The notes: generated by a model not told the origin, from the letters alone. A DNA stretch of 64,000 nucleotides from Candidatus Melainabacteria bacterium 17Bon1m (GCA_032128875.1 JAVLKG010000004.1:352001-416000), one strand, 5' to 3'. Counted from the first letter of the stretch, positions 9,053-19,052 are shown. Numbers and translations are program-made.

Positions 9053-9083
9053 TTTATTGTTACAATCGGGTTTAAAACGAAGC

Positions 9084-10484
9084 TTGAAAAACTCCCGCCC
9101 TGCCCATCTATCGAAGATCACGACAGTTTCTGCCAGTTTCTTGTTATTGCAATTGTGTTCCATAAGTGCTCTTGGGGCAACCCATGTAACTGAGATTGGT
9201 AGGTCCCCAGCTGGCACGCCAACCGAGCCGGTCAAATTCGGTTTCGTTTCAATAGGTCGACAAATAATTGCCGATCGATTGACGGATGAAGCCGTTCTGC
9301 GAAAGAAGGGAGTAAAGGCCGAGCTTCAGCGCAGTTTCAATTTGGCAATAGATGAGTGCAAGTCTATTGAATTTAGCCAGGTCATCAACTTATCGCAGCC
9401 AAAGTCGCAGCAACAGTTAACTGTCAAGCTGGACGGCTGTCGGGCAGACAATGAATCAATTCTTTTAAGCGGCATACTTATTGAAAGCAGCTTTCTTCTT
9501 AGGAATGAAGAAGGAAGGACTTTCCAAAATGGAAAGGATTATTCAATTGTGGACAATGGCACGCTGTTGAAGATACACGCGGAAGGCAGTGCGGCCAACG
9601 AAAATAAGCTAACAGCGCGATATAAGTGTTGGCTCAGCCGTATCGACACAATTGCCATGGATGAAAACTATACACTCAAAGTTGTTAAAGGAAACGGCTA
9701 TACATCGGCACCGGAAGTCAATACTAATCTTGAGGGCAAAATTCCAATTGCTAATGTCTGGGTAGTTGGTGGCGAAGCCGGCATCGATTCAGGAAAAATA
9801 TGGGAAATAAGGCAAAAGAGATCCACAAAGGGATTGTACAAAAAGCCTGCCTGTAGAGCATCTTTTGTCTCATTGCGTCAAAAGTTGGAATCCGGAGATA
9901 AAATCAAAATTGGTTTTTTGGGTGACAGCGTAACTGGTGGCAGTAGTGCCAGAGAAAAGAAATTTGCATTTCCTCAATTAGTCGAAGCAAGGCTGAGAAA
10001 AGAGTTTCCAAATGCAATCGTAGAAACTGCGATTCTTGCTATGGGTGGAAAGAAGTGTGCTGACACAATTCCGCTATTGCCAGAATTTTTAGACACACAA
10101 AAACCAGACATCTTGTTTGTGGAATTTGTCAACGATTTGTCCGCAGGAATAGAAACTCTGGCAGCTCCTTACCAACAACTAGAAGATATTTGTAGACAAC
10201 GCAGAATAAAGCTTTGTCTTATTTCTCCGCACTACCCAATCCCACTGCTGGCAAATGCCCGCAGCTGGTCAACTATAAAGGACAACCCTTATTTCAAATT
10301 TTTGAGAATAATGACGCAGGGTCGCGGGACAGAATTGATCGATGTGTCCAGTCGATGGCAACATCTAGAGGATGAAGGCTTACGTCCGCATGTTTTGCTG
10401 GTAAACCGTATAAACCATCCAAACAATACGGGACATCAGATCTATGCTACAGAGCTGCTGAAATGCTTTGGAATAGCTGATTGA
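9084..10484 (+). CDS. exported SGNH/GDSL hydrolase (start revised from 8970 to probable TTG 9084)
   Basis: FLGDSVTGG, EFVND, NHPNNTGH; signal-like segment follows 9084. Confidence 0.82.
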   Translation: MKNSRPAHLSKITTVSASFLLLQLCSISALGATHVTEIGRSPAGTPTEPVKFGFVSIGRQIIADRLTDEAVLRKKGVKAELQRSFNLAIDECKSIEFSQVINLSQPKSQQQLTVKLDGCRADNESILLSGILIESSFLLRNEEGRTFQNGKDYSIVDNGTLLKIHAEGSAANENKLTARYKCWLSRIDTIAMDENYTLKVVKGNGYTSAPEVNTNLEGKIPIANVWVVGGEAGIDSGKIWEIRQKRSTKGLYKKPACRASFVSLRQKLESGDKIKIGFLGDSVTGGSSAREKKFAFPQLVEARLRKEFPNAIVETAILAMGGKKCADTIPLLPEFLDTQKPDILFVEFVNDLSAGIETLAAPYQQLEDICRQRRIKLCLISPHYPIPLLANARSWSTIKDNPYFKFLRIMTQGRGTELIDVSSRWQHLEDEGLRPHVLLVNRINHPNNTGHQIYATELLKCFGIAD

Positions 10485-10511
10485 GCTGTAATTGAATGAG
10501 CTTTGTTCAAC

Positions 10512-10706
10512 TCAAGCGATGTCTCGTTTTTCGCGATTGACGGTCGGAATTACGATGATGCGCTGATTTGTAAAATCTACAGCCCTTGTGCCTTTGATTT
10601 CCGACGAGTCTGCGTATTTCAGGGCGTCTTCGAATGTCTCAAAGGTTTTGGTTTTTTTTCCCAGTGTGACGGTCCATTCTGCCGGCTGTTTTTTCTCGTT
10701 TTTCAT
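10512..10706 (-). CDS. 64-aa small protein
   Basis: MKNEKKQPAEWTV...; GGAAGGTGG RBS; ECF-type promoter; paralogue at 4985-5152. Confidence 0.72.
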   Translation of the reverse strand: MKNEKKQPAEWTVTLGKKTKTFETFEDALKYADSSEIKGTRAVDFTNQRIIVIPTVNREKRDIA

Positions 10707-10729
10707 AACTGCCACCTTCCCGATGGCAG

Positions 10730-10757
10730 TGAGACTACAAAAGTGTCTCCAAGTTCC
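10730..10757 (-). promoter_or_regulatory. ECF-sigma-type promoter
   Basis: GGAACT-N16-GTCTCA. Confidence 0.65.
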
Positions 10758-10932
10758 AGATAAGTGGCCTAAGTACTCACGCGGGATCAATTACATCTGT
10801 GAAACTCTCGATCCGTGCGAATTTATCTGCGTACAGATTAAATTCGCGCATCTTGAAAAGGGAAGTGCGGTATCTTGGCGAGCACGTCAAATGACGACAT
10901 CTTTAAGGTCATCAGATTTAAAAGGAGCAGGC

Positions 10933-11589
10933 ATGGCAGAAGGGAATCGCGAAGATTCAAGTGACATGCAGCGACGACCCGATAAAGCGGGTGGCGTCAC
11001 GCGCAGATCGTTTTTGCGGCATCTTGGAGCTGCGGGTATTGCAGCTGCCGCATTGCCCGGAGGAGCAAATTCAAAAGATATGACGGCTGAAGAAAAGACT
11101 TTGGATACTGTGGCGCCAATTGCAGGAGCCGTCCCTGTGACGCTCGTAATCAACAAGAAAAAGCATGCGCTGAAGATTGATCCTCGCACTACTTTGCTTG
11201 ACTGTATCCGCGAAAATTTGGAAATCACGGGCACGAAGAAAGGTTGCGATCATGGGCAGTGTGGAGCCTGTACAGTTCATGTAAATGGTCGACGAGTCAA
11301 TTCGTGCTTGACACTTGCAGTAATGCATGATGGCGATGAAATTACCACTATAGAAGGTCTGGGACAGCCAGATAATCTGCACCCTTTGCAGTCTGCGTTT
11401 ATCGACTGTGACGCCTACCAGTGTGGATATTGCACTTCTGGCCAACTCATGTCGGCGGCGGCTTTACTGAATGAGCCTTGTGGACATTCTGTCGATGATA
11501 TTCGTGAAGCGATGAGTGGAAACATTTGCCGCTGTGGCGCCTACCCCAACATTATTGCCGCGATCCAACAAGTTCGCGCAAAGGCTTAG
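10933..11589 (+). CDS. paoA: aldehyde oxidoreductase 2Fe-2S subunit with Tat signal (PaoA/YagT-like)
   Basis: TRRSFL Tat motif; GCDHGQCGAC, QCGYC, CRCG; AAGGAG RBS. Confidence 0.9.
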   Translation: MAEGNREDSSDMQRRPDKAGGVTRRSFLRHLGAAGIAAAALPGGANSKDMTAEEKTLDTVAPIAGAVPVTLVINKKKHALKIDPRTTLLDCIRENLEITGTKKGCDHGQCGACTVHVNGRRVNSCLTLAVMHDGDEITTIEGLGQPDNLHPLQSAFIDCDAYQCGYCTSGQLMSAAALLNEPCGHSVDDIREAMSGNICRCGAYPNIIAAIQQVRAKA

Positions 11590-11600
11590 GGCTGAGAAAA

Positions 11601-12599
11601 ATGAAACTATTTGCGTTTGAAAAGTGTTCTGATATATCTGATGCGGTAAAGAAAACATCCGCTAGTGATACCGCGCAACATGGCGCCAATATTCGTTTTG
11701 TTGCTGGTGGTACCACTCTGCTTGATTTGATGAAATTGAGCGTTGAGACGCCGGATACCCTGGTAGATATCAATCGGCTTCCTTTAGATAAGATTGAAAC
11801 CACCCGTGATGGCGGTATAAAAGTTGGCGCTCTGGTTAGAAATTCTGATCTTGCTAATCATCCATATGTGAAGTCGCATTTCCCCGTACTCTCCGAAGCA
11901 CTCTTGTCGGGTGCTTCCGCACAGTTGCGAAATATGGCGACGACTGGTGGCAACCTTCTTCAAAAGACCAGATGCGTTTATTTCAGAGACACTGCATATG
12001 CATGCAACAAGCGTGAGCCAGGCAGTGGATGTCCTGCAATCGAAGGTGAAAATAGAACACTAGCTATCCTTGGCACCAGTGATAGTTGCATTGCAACCAA
12101 TCCCTCTGATATGAGCGTAGCTCTAATGGCGCTGGAAGCAACCATCGTGATTAAAGGACCTGGGGGCGAGCGAGAGGTGGCAATTGATGAATTCTTTCTT
12201 TTGCCGGGCTCAACACCGCATATTGAGAATGTTTTGAAACCCGGCGATTTGATCACGCATGTTGTGGTTAAGCCTATTCCAGCAGGAAGCAAGTCTGTAT
12301 ATTTGAAGCTTAGAGATCGCGCTTCTTACGAATTTGCTTTGGCATCGGCGGCGGTGATAGTGCAAGTCGAAAATGGAAAGGTTTCTCGTGCGCGCATTGC
12401 CATGGGTGGTGTTGGCACTAAGCCCTGGCGTTCGCTCGAAGCTGAAAAGTTATTGTCCGGCTCAGCAGCTAATGAAGCAAATTTCCGTAAAGCTGCTGAA
12501 GAGGCACTTAGAAATGCAAAACCTCAAAGCCACAACAAGTTTAAGATCGAGCTTGCCAAAAGATGCGTAAGCCATGCCTTGAAAATGGCGACAACCTGA
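11601..12599 (+). CDS. paoB: aldehyde oxidoreductase FAD subunit (PaoB/YagS-like)
   Basis: AGGTTLLDLMK, QLRNMATTGGNL, Cys-bearing insert, KLRDRASYEFAL. Confidence 0.9.
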   Translation: MKLFAFEKCSDISDAVKKTSASDTAQHGANIRFVAGGTTLLDLMKLSVETPDTLVDINRLPLDKIETTRDGGIKVGALVRNSDLANHPYVKSHFPVLSEALLSGASAQLRNMATTGGNLLQKTRCVYFRDTAYACNKREPGSGCPAIEGENRTLAILGTSDSCIATNPSDMSVALMALEATIVIKGPGGEREVAIDEFFLLPGSTPHIENVLKPGDLITHVVVKPIPAGSKSVYLKLRDRASYEFALASAAVIVQVENGKVSRARIAMGGVGTKPWRSLEAEKLLSGSAANEANFRKAAEEALRNAKPQSHNKFKIELAKRCVSHALKMATT

Positions 12600-12669
12600 T
12601 TTCGAAGCAGGCTTGAACGGCAAACTCGGAAAAACAGACTCAGCAATCATTGATTTAAGAGATATAGAA

Positions 12670-14889
12670 ATGCCAGCTACAAAAGACAAAAGTAATTCTC
12701 CTATCGGAAGAGAAACTAAGCGCATCGACGGTCCCCTGAAGGTGACTGGCAATGCTATCTATACTTCCGATCATAGCTTTCCTGGAATGCTGTATGCAGT
12801 GCCTGTCGGATCTACGATTGCTAACGGTTCGATAGCAAAACTCGACACCAGAGACGCTGAGAAAATGCCCGGAGTAAAAGGCGTGTTTCACCGTGCCAAT
12901 ATCGGCAAACTTTTCAGAGTGGCACCAAATTCTGACTACAACGCTTTCTCAGATGAAGACCGTCCTCCGTTTGAAGATGATGTTGTTAGGTATTACGGTC
13001 AGTACGTTGCTGTTGCTGTTGCAGATACATTCGAACAAGCTACCGCAGCGGCCGAAGCTGTAAAAGTCACTTACAACGAAAAGAAGCCGAATGTCGATAC
13101 TCATCTCACAGCTGATACCAAGGTAAAAGTTGATAGTGAGCGAGGTGACGCACAAAAAGCATTCGATTCAGCCAGCATAAAGTTGGACGAAACCTATGTC
13201 ACTCCTGCAGAAACCCACAATGTGATCGAGCTTCACTCAAGTGTCGCTGTTTATGATGGCACCACGTTCACCCTGTATGAAACTACGCAGGGCGTAATGA
13301 ATCATCGCAATGTGCTGTGTCAGGTCCTTGGCGTTGAACCCGAACATGTGAAGGTTATATCGAAGTTTTTAGGCTCTGGGTTTGGCAGCAAAATCACACC
13401 TTGGCCACAAAGCGCGCTCGCTGCTGCTCTAGCAAGAAAGCTGGGTAAACCGATAAAAATCGTACTTTCTCGTAAGATGGCATTTCATGCTGCGGGTCAT
13501 CGTCCTCGCACACAGCAGCGCGTGCGAATTAGCGCAGACACCAGTGGAAAGCTCACATCTATTCAGCACGACTACTTGAATCACACATCAATGCTGGACG
13601 ATTACAAAGAGAACTGCGGAGAGTGCACAAAGTATTTCTACAGTTGTCCTAACGTCCGTATAACAACAGCGCTCTCCCGCAGAAACATCGGCACGCCCAC
13701 CTCGATGCGCGGTCCCGGCGCCGTGCCCGGTCTGTTCGCAACCGAGTCCGCGCTGGATGAATTGGCAATCAAGTTGAAGATGGATCCGATGCAACTTCGA
13801 CTTATCAATGAACCTGAAAAGGATGAAGATCTGAACATTCCTTTTGCCTCTCGCAATCTCGTAGATTGTTATAAGGCTGGTGCAGAAAAATTCGGATGGG
13901 CGAGAAGAGATCCGAAAATCGGCTCAATGAAACGGGATGGACTTACGCTTGGCTGGGGAATGGCTGGTGCAGGTTGGATCGCCGAGCGCTGGCCGGCGGA
14001 GGCCACTGTTGAGTTGCGTAATGACGGAACCGCTAAAGTCTCCACTGGGACACAAGATATAGGCACTGGCACTTACACGGTACTTGCACAGGTTCTTGCC
14101 GACAAAGTCGGTTTGAGCCTGGAAAAATGCGAAGTGGTGCTTGGTGATTCTTCTTTGCCTCCCGGTCCATTATCTGGTGGCTCGATGGCTACCGCCTCAT
14201 TGATACCTGCTGTTGCTAAAGCCGCTCAAAAGGCGATTGGGACTCTTTTGAGTGCCGCGGTAAAAACGCCAGGAGCCAAGTACTTTGGCGTTGACCAGAA
14301 GGAAATGACCTACACCGAAGGTATGGTTCACAAAAAAGACGAATCAGCCTCAGCAGGTATTCCCTTTCAGCAAGTTCTTGACTCTGGAAACTTCAAGTTT
14401 ATCCTCGGCAAGGGCTCATCCGAAAGCACTTTTACGGGCAAGCCTGAATCCTCCAAGCATTCCTATGGTGCTCACTTTGTTGAAGTTACGTGGCAAGAGG
14501 AGATTGCACGTTTGCGCATCAGCCGTGTTGTCACAGTTATCGACGCAGGAAAAATAATCAATCCGAAAGCAGGGCGCAATCAAATCGAGGGCGCTGTGGT
14601 TATGGGAATTGGAATGGCGTTATTTGAACATACCAATTATGAGCCCACCAAAGGCGCACCACTCAATAGCAACTTGGCGGACTACATTCTTGCCGTCAAT
14701 GCAGACGTTCCGGATCTGGAAGTTCATTTTCTCGAGTTCGAAAACAAAGACTTGAATGAATATGGTGCCCGAGGAATTGGAGAAATCGGGCTTGCCGGAC
14801 TGGCTGCCGCAATTGCGAATGCAGTTCATCATGCCACCGGTATTCGGATACGTGAATTGCCAATCAAGATCGAAGATCTTTTGGTGTAA
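12670..14889 (+). CDS. paoC: xanthine-dehydrogenase-family molybdopterin subunit (PaoC/YagR-like)
   Basis: RIDGPLKVTG, GSGFGSK, MRGPG, QDIGTGT, GARGIGEIG. Confidence 0.92.
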   Translation: MPATKDKSNSPIGRETKRIDGPLKVTGNAIYTSDHSFPGMLYAVPVGSTIANGSIAKLDTRDAEKMPGVKGVFHRANIGKLFRVAPNSDYNAFSDEDRPPFEDDVVRYYGQYVAVAVADTFEQATAAAEAVKVTYNEKKPNVDTHLTADTKVKVDSERGDAQKAFDSASIKLDETYVTPAETHNVIELHSSVAVYDGTTFTLYETTQGVMNHRNVLCQVLGVEPEHVKVISKFLGSGFGSKITPWPQSALAAALARKLGKPIKIVLSRKMAFHAAGHRPRTQQRVRISADTSGKLTSIQHDYLNHTSMLDDYKENCGECTKYFYSCPNVRITTALSRRNIGTPTSMRGPGAVPGLFATESALDELAIKLKMDPMQLRLINEPEKDEDLNIPFASRNLVDCYKAGAEKFGWARRDPKIGSMKRDGLTLGWGMAGAGWIAERWPAEATVELRNDGTAKVSTGTQDIGTGTYTVLAQVLADKVGLSLEKCEVVLGDSSLPPGPLSGGSMATASLIPAVAKAAQKAIGTLLSAAVKTPGAKYFGVDQKEMTYTEGMVHKKDESASAGIPFQQVLDSGNFKFILGKGSSESTFTGKPESSKHSYGAHFVEVTWQEEIARLRISRVVTVIDAGKIINPKAGRNQIEGAVVMGIGMALFEHTNYEPTKGAPLNSNLADYILAVNADVPDLEVHFLEFENKDLNEYGARGIGEIGLAGLAAAIANAVHHATGIRIRELPIKIEDLLV

Positions 14890-14951
14890 TCAATAGGATT
14901 ATCCGAATCAAGCTATCATATAAGCGGACACATGCAGGAAACATCTAAGGC

Positions 14952-16061
14952 ATGAGCGAGATACAAGAAATACTGTCCTTCTATGAGCAATGCTTGCGAC
15001 AAGAGCGCAGATGCGCGCTGGCAACTGTGGTAAAAACCTCCGGACCGTCCTATAGAAGTCCGGGTGCACGCTCAATTGTTTGCGATGATGGCTCGTTCAG
15101 AGGAGGACTCTCTGCTGGTTGTCTCGAGGGTGATATATCTTGTCGGCTCGATGGTGATAAGAAGTCCTTTGTCGTTGAGTACGACCTCTCGGCTGAAGAC
15201 GATGTGCGAGGCTTTCCATTCGGTTGTGGTGGTTCTGTAGAAATACTTGTAGAACCTCTGCCTAATGCACAAGCGATGCACGCGGCAGAATGGTTCGCTT
15301 CGCTAGATCAGCCTGCTGTACTGCTGACTGCGGTGAGCGGTGGTGGTAGTATCGAGATTGGTGCCAGATATGGAATGAATGCGTCTTGCGATTCGACTTA
15401 TCACGGCAAATTAAAGTTTCAGGGAATGGAAACGCTTGCACTGAGTGTTCTCTCTGAGCGCAAAAGCAAAGTAGTGCCAATCGAATCAAATGGCAAACAG
15501 ATAAAAATCTTTGCCGAATACTATGAGCCACCAATTAACTTATACGTATTTGGTGATGGTGAAGATGCTCGTATTTTAGAAACTTGCGCAGTTTCGCATG
15601 GGTTGAACGTCACTAGGGTTTCGCGAAATGAATTGCGCTCTGCGGAGCCATTAATCAAGATGTTTCCGCGACTTGGACATGCCTTTACCGCAGTCATGGC
15701 ACATGATCTGAATATCGATAGTGATGTTGTACAGCAGTTACTTTTGATCAATCCTCCTTACCTCGGAATTATGGGACCGCGCAGTCGTACCGAGCGAATG
15801 TTCAATTCATTCGAACCAAACTGGCAAGCTGCCATTCATCGAGGCAATATTTTCTCTCCTATTGGTCTGGACATGGGCGCCGAGACACCGCGAGAAATTG
15901 CACTTTCGATTTTGGCGGAAATCCACACTGTTGCGCGTGGCCGTGTTCCACAGCATCTGCGCGATGCAGATGGAGCTATTCATGAGCGTATTTTTCGCGT
16001 AGGCGGCAGTGAATCGAAAAGAGTCAAGTCATATTCGGCGAGCAAAGTTTCTCTTAGATAA
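14952..16061 (+). CDS. xdhC: XdhC/CoxI family Moco chaperone
   Basis: ALATVVKTSGPSYR, SAGCLE, GCGG, SPIGLDMGAETPREIALSI. Confidence 0.9.
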   Translation: MSEIQEILSFYEQCLRQERRCALATVVKTSGPSYRSPGARSIVCDDGSFRGGLSAGCLEGDISCRLDGDKKSFVVEYDLSAEDDVRGFPFGCGGSVEILVEPLPNAQAMHAAEWFASLDQPAVLLTAVSGGGSIEIGARYGMNASCDSTYHGKLKFQGMETLALSVLSERKSKVVPIESNGKQIKIFAEYYEPPINLYVFGDGEDARILETCAVSHGLNVTRVSRNELRSAEPLIKMFPRLGHAFTAVMAHDLNIDSDVVQQLLLINPPYLGIMGPRSRTERMFNSFEPNWQAAIHRGNIFSPIGLDMGAETPREIALSILAEIHTVARGRVPQHLRDADGAIHERIFRVGGSESKRVKSYSASKVSLR

Positions 16062-16637
16062 TTGGACAGAAAGGTCTTAGCTGTAGTACTTGCCGCCGGC
16101 GCTTCAAGGCGTTTTGGAAGTCCAAAGCAGCTTGCTGTCTTTGGTAATCAAACGTTGGTCGAACATATCCAAGCAGTATTGCTCGGCAGCTCTGTTGACG
16201 AAGTTTGCGTTATTGTCGGATGTAGCGCTGAAGCGGTCCGCTCCTATATTTTGCCCGGTGTGAAAGTTTTGCATAACGAACAATGGGATGAAGGTATTGC
16301 CGCATCGATTCGATGTGCAGCCCATTATGCCGATAAGACACAGAGCTCTCATCTGTTTCTGTTTGCCTGCGACCAACCCTTCGTGACTCCATGCCTGGTA
16401 GACAAAATGGTGGGCTTATCGAAGTTTGAGCCTGACAAAATCGTTGCTTGTAAATACGGTGATTCTGTCGGCGTTCCTGCCCTTTTTTCAAATAACTATT
16501 TCGAGGTACTGAGCTCTCTTCGGGGAGACTCAGGCGCAAAATCCATCATCAAGAAAGATGCAGGAGCTATATTTGTAGACTTTCCTGAAGGCGCAACAGA
16601 TGTGGACTGCCCATCTGACTTGCCTCTTCAAATTTAA
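16062..16637 (+). CDS. mocA: molybdenum cofactor cytidylyltransferase (MocA-like)
   Basis: LAAGASRRFGSPKQL, CDQP, GDSGAK; genomic context. Confidence 0.85.
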   Translation: MDRKVLAVVLAAGASRRFGSPKQLAVFGNQTLVEHIQAVLLGSSVDEVCVIVGCSAEAVRSYILPGVKVLHNEQWDEGIAASIRCAAHYADKTQSSHLFLFACDQPFVTPCLVDKMVGLSKFEPDKIVACKYGDSVGVPALFSNNYFEVLSSLRGDSGAKSIIKKDAGAIFVDFPEGATDVDCPSDLPLQI

Positions 16638-16722
16638 CCAAATAGTTGAGTGAAGCGGGATATTTTTCCTGAAAAGGCAGTCCTCTCAGGATGGAGTATT
16701 CGCGTTAGAGAGGGACTCACTA

Positions 16723-17586
16723 ATGATTTTGGTAACTGGTGCCTGTGGGCGTGTAGGTGGTCGCGTAGCAGAAATTCTTGCTGACAAACAAATTCCATTT
16801 CGTGCGATGTCTCGTACACCTGACAAGCTGAGAAAATCTGAAATTGTAGATGTTATCTACGGCGATTTCGAAGATCCAAATTCCCTGGATAAGGCATTTG
16901 ATGGAGTCAGGACAGCCCTGGTTATTTCCGGAAAGGCAATGCCCGGCAAACGCTGCTTTACTCACAAAATGGCCTTTGATGCCGCCAAACGTGCTGGTGT
17001 TGAACATATCATCTATTTGTCTTTACTTGGTTCGAGCGCCAATTCTGTCTATGGCTATTGCCGCGATCACTATGAAAGTGAAAGGTTTTTGGCAGAGACA
17101 GGGATTTCTTTTACATCCTTACGCAATGCCTTTTATCTCGATATGTTTTTTGAGAAATTCGGAATCGATGGAATCTTGAGAGGTCCGGCTGCGGACGGGA
17201 AGGGTGCGTTCATAACGCGTGAAGACGTAGCGCAGGTTGCTGCTGCTGCTTTATTGAACCCGCCAGTTGGTGTTGTGGAAATAACGGGACCTGAAGCTTT
17301 AGGACTTAAAGACATTGCAGAGCGCTTTTCCCATCTCACTGGTACAAAGTTGCAATACGATGCAGAAACTATTGATGTCGCTCGTTCGCGAATGCAGGGC
17401 GCATTGAATGATGAGTGGAAGCGCGAGTTAGAAATCGAATGGTTCGATGCGATCGCGCAAGGTGAGCAATTACCGGTCAACGGAAATTTCAAAGCGATGA
17501 CCGGGTTAGAGCCTTATTCGATAGAACAGTATTTCGAAGAGTTTCCACACTTGTTCGATATTTTGAGAACCAGGCGAGCCGCTTAA
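16723..17586 (+). CDS. NmrA-like atypical SDR oxidoreductase
   Basis: ILVTGACGRVG; AFITREDVA. Confidence 0.85.
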   Translation: MILVTGACGRVGGRVAEILADKQIPFRAMSRTPDKLRKSEIVDVIYGDFEDPNSLDKAFDGVRTALVISGKAMPGKRCFTHKMAFDAAKRAGVEHIIYLSLLGSSANSVYGYCRDHYESERFLAETGISFTSLRNAFYLDMFFEKFGIDGILRGPAADGKGAFITREDVAQVAAAALLNPPVGVVEITGPEALGLKDIAERFSHLTGTKLQYDAETIDVARSRMQGALNDEWKRELEIEWFDAIAQGEQLPVNGNFKAMTGLEPYSIEQYFEEFPHLFDILRTRRAA

Positions 17587-17805
17587 AGTTGCTGTTGTCA
17601 TGTACTGCTTTCTTTCCGCCTGTCATGCGTTTCGTCGAGTTTTTCGCTGGAGTGTATAGCGAAATTTCGCACAGCGTATTGACGCTATATATAGGTATGC
17701 ACCCTGTTGTCAATAACAGTATTACAGTTTTGTCATGCTATTCACTTGATTAGCCTGGATAATCGGTCTCTTAGGCGATACAGCTGACTCGACAACCGGA
17801 CGCAC

Positions 17806-18585
17806 ATGCATAACAGTCGACTCTATAAAAACAGATACTTCGCACTTCTGGCTTCAATTCTTGCGCTGACAATTTTGGCGCCGATAGTTGAGCATGGATT
17901 TTGGGCGCGCATGTTGATCGGGTCACTTATGTTCGTCGCATTGTGGACGGGTTCGGTCGCAGTGAGCACGAAGGGCAATGTTTCGGGTTGGTCAATTGCA
18001 CTGGCGACTCTTGCGTCTTTCTTGTGGGCCATTGGGTTTTTCGCTGAGTCTTTGCCCGTGAATGCCGTCTATCTGCACTATATTACCTACACCGTTTTGC
18101 TCGTTTTCTTCGGAAATGTTGGACGGTTGATGCTTGAAGATATTCTTCAAGGCGAGATCAATTTCAATCGTATTTGCGGTGGCGTTTGTGTTTTTGTTTT
18201 GATCGGACTTTGCTTTGCGATGCTGCACATGACTGTTGCCGCGGGCGACTCCAAAGCATACAGAGACAATTTCGATCCTTCCTCAAACTTTGCGGATTCG
18301 CTTTCTCACGAGTATAGATATCCAATTTTTGTCTATTTCAGTTTTTGCACACTTTCGACTGTTGGCTATGGAGACATAGTTCCGGTCAGCCGTTTAGCGC
18401 GCTCTTGCGCTATGTTGGAATCAGTTACCGGACAGCTTTATCTTGCAATCTTGGTGGCGCGTTTGGTTGGGTTGCATATCGCGACCACGTCCAGAGGTCA
18501 GTCGACAACTGGTACTTTTGAAGTTTTAGAAACGGTGGAGACAGACGAAAAGCGCAGGCGTTTGGAAGAAACGCTTCGCAAGTAG
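17806..18585 (+). CDS. potassium channel family membrane protein
   Basis: YFSFCTLSTVGYGD selectivity filter; multiple TM helices. Confidence 0.9.
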   Translation: MHNSRLYKNRYFALLASILALTILAPIVEHGFWARMLIGSLMFVALWTGSVAVSTKGNVSGWSIALATLASFLWAIGFFAESLPVNAVYLHYITYTVLLVFFGNVGRLMLEDILQGEINFNRICGGVCVFVLIGLCFAMLHMTVAAGDSKAYRDNFDPSSNFADSLSHEYRYPIFVYFSFCTLSTVGYGDIVPVSRLARSCAMLESVTGQLYLAILVARLVGLHIATTSRGQSTTGTFEVLETVETDEKRRRLEETLRK

Positions 18586-18608
18586 ATTTTGTATTCCCAA
18601 CTGAATGA

Positions 18609-18637
18609 TTGACTACCGTACGGAGGTATGGTAGCAT
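18609..18637 (+). promoter_or_regulatory. sigma70 promoter overlapped by a putative LexA (SOS) operator
   Basis: TTGACT-N17-TAGCAT; palindrome CTACCGTAC-GGAG-GTATGGTAG at 18613-18634. Confidence 0.65.
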
Positions 18638-18643
18638 CACAAA

Positions 18644-19048
18644 TTGGATACTCTGTTTGTTTCAGCTTCCAAGATGTTTCTCCCAGGTGCGCGATCTTCA
18701 GCAGGTTTCCCTTCTCCTGCGGATGACTATTTAGAGAAAACCCTAGACCTCAACGAGCTTCTCATAAGCAATAAGGTTGCCACCTTTTTTATGAGAGTCG
18801 AAGGCGATTCACTTAAACCCAGTGGAATACGCCATGGCGATATGCTCATTGTTGATAGATCTATCAATCCAACGCACGGCAAAATTGTCGTTGCCGTAGT
18901 ATCAGGTGAATTGGTTATTCGCAGGGTAGAGTCTCGCGATGGAAAACTTGTACTGACCTCCGATGATGCATCTGTCAAACACGAAGTGATTGATGGAGAA
19001 GAGATTCAAGTCTGGGGAGTCGCGACATCTTCGGTTCACGTTCTCTAG
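18644..19048 (+). CDS. umuD: UmuD-like S24 family protein (alternative start ATG 18674)
   Basis: [26 protein letters not shown]; directly upstream of umuC. Confidence 0.88.
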   Translation: MDTLFVSASKMFLPGARSSAGFPSPADDYLEKTLDLNELLISNKVATFFMRVEGDSLKPSGIRHGDMLIVDRSINPTHGKIVVAVVSGELVIRRVESRDGKLVLTSDDASVKHEVIDGEEIQVWGVATSSVHVL

Positions 19049-19052
19049 TGCT

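Noticed and set aside
10933-16637. Pao/Xdh cluster as a novel system
   Set aside because: Matches the well-known PaoABC plus XdhC and MocA arrangement
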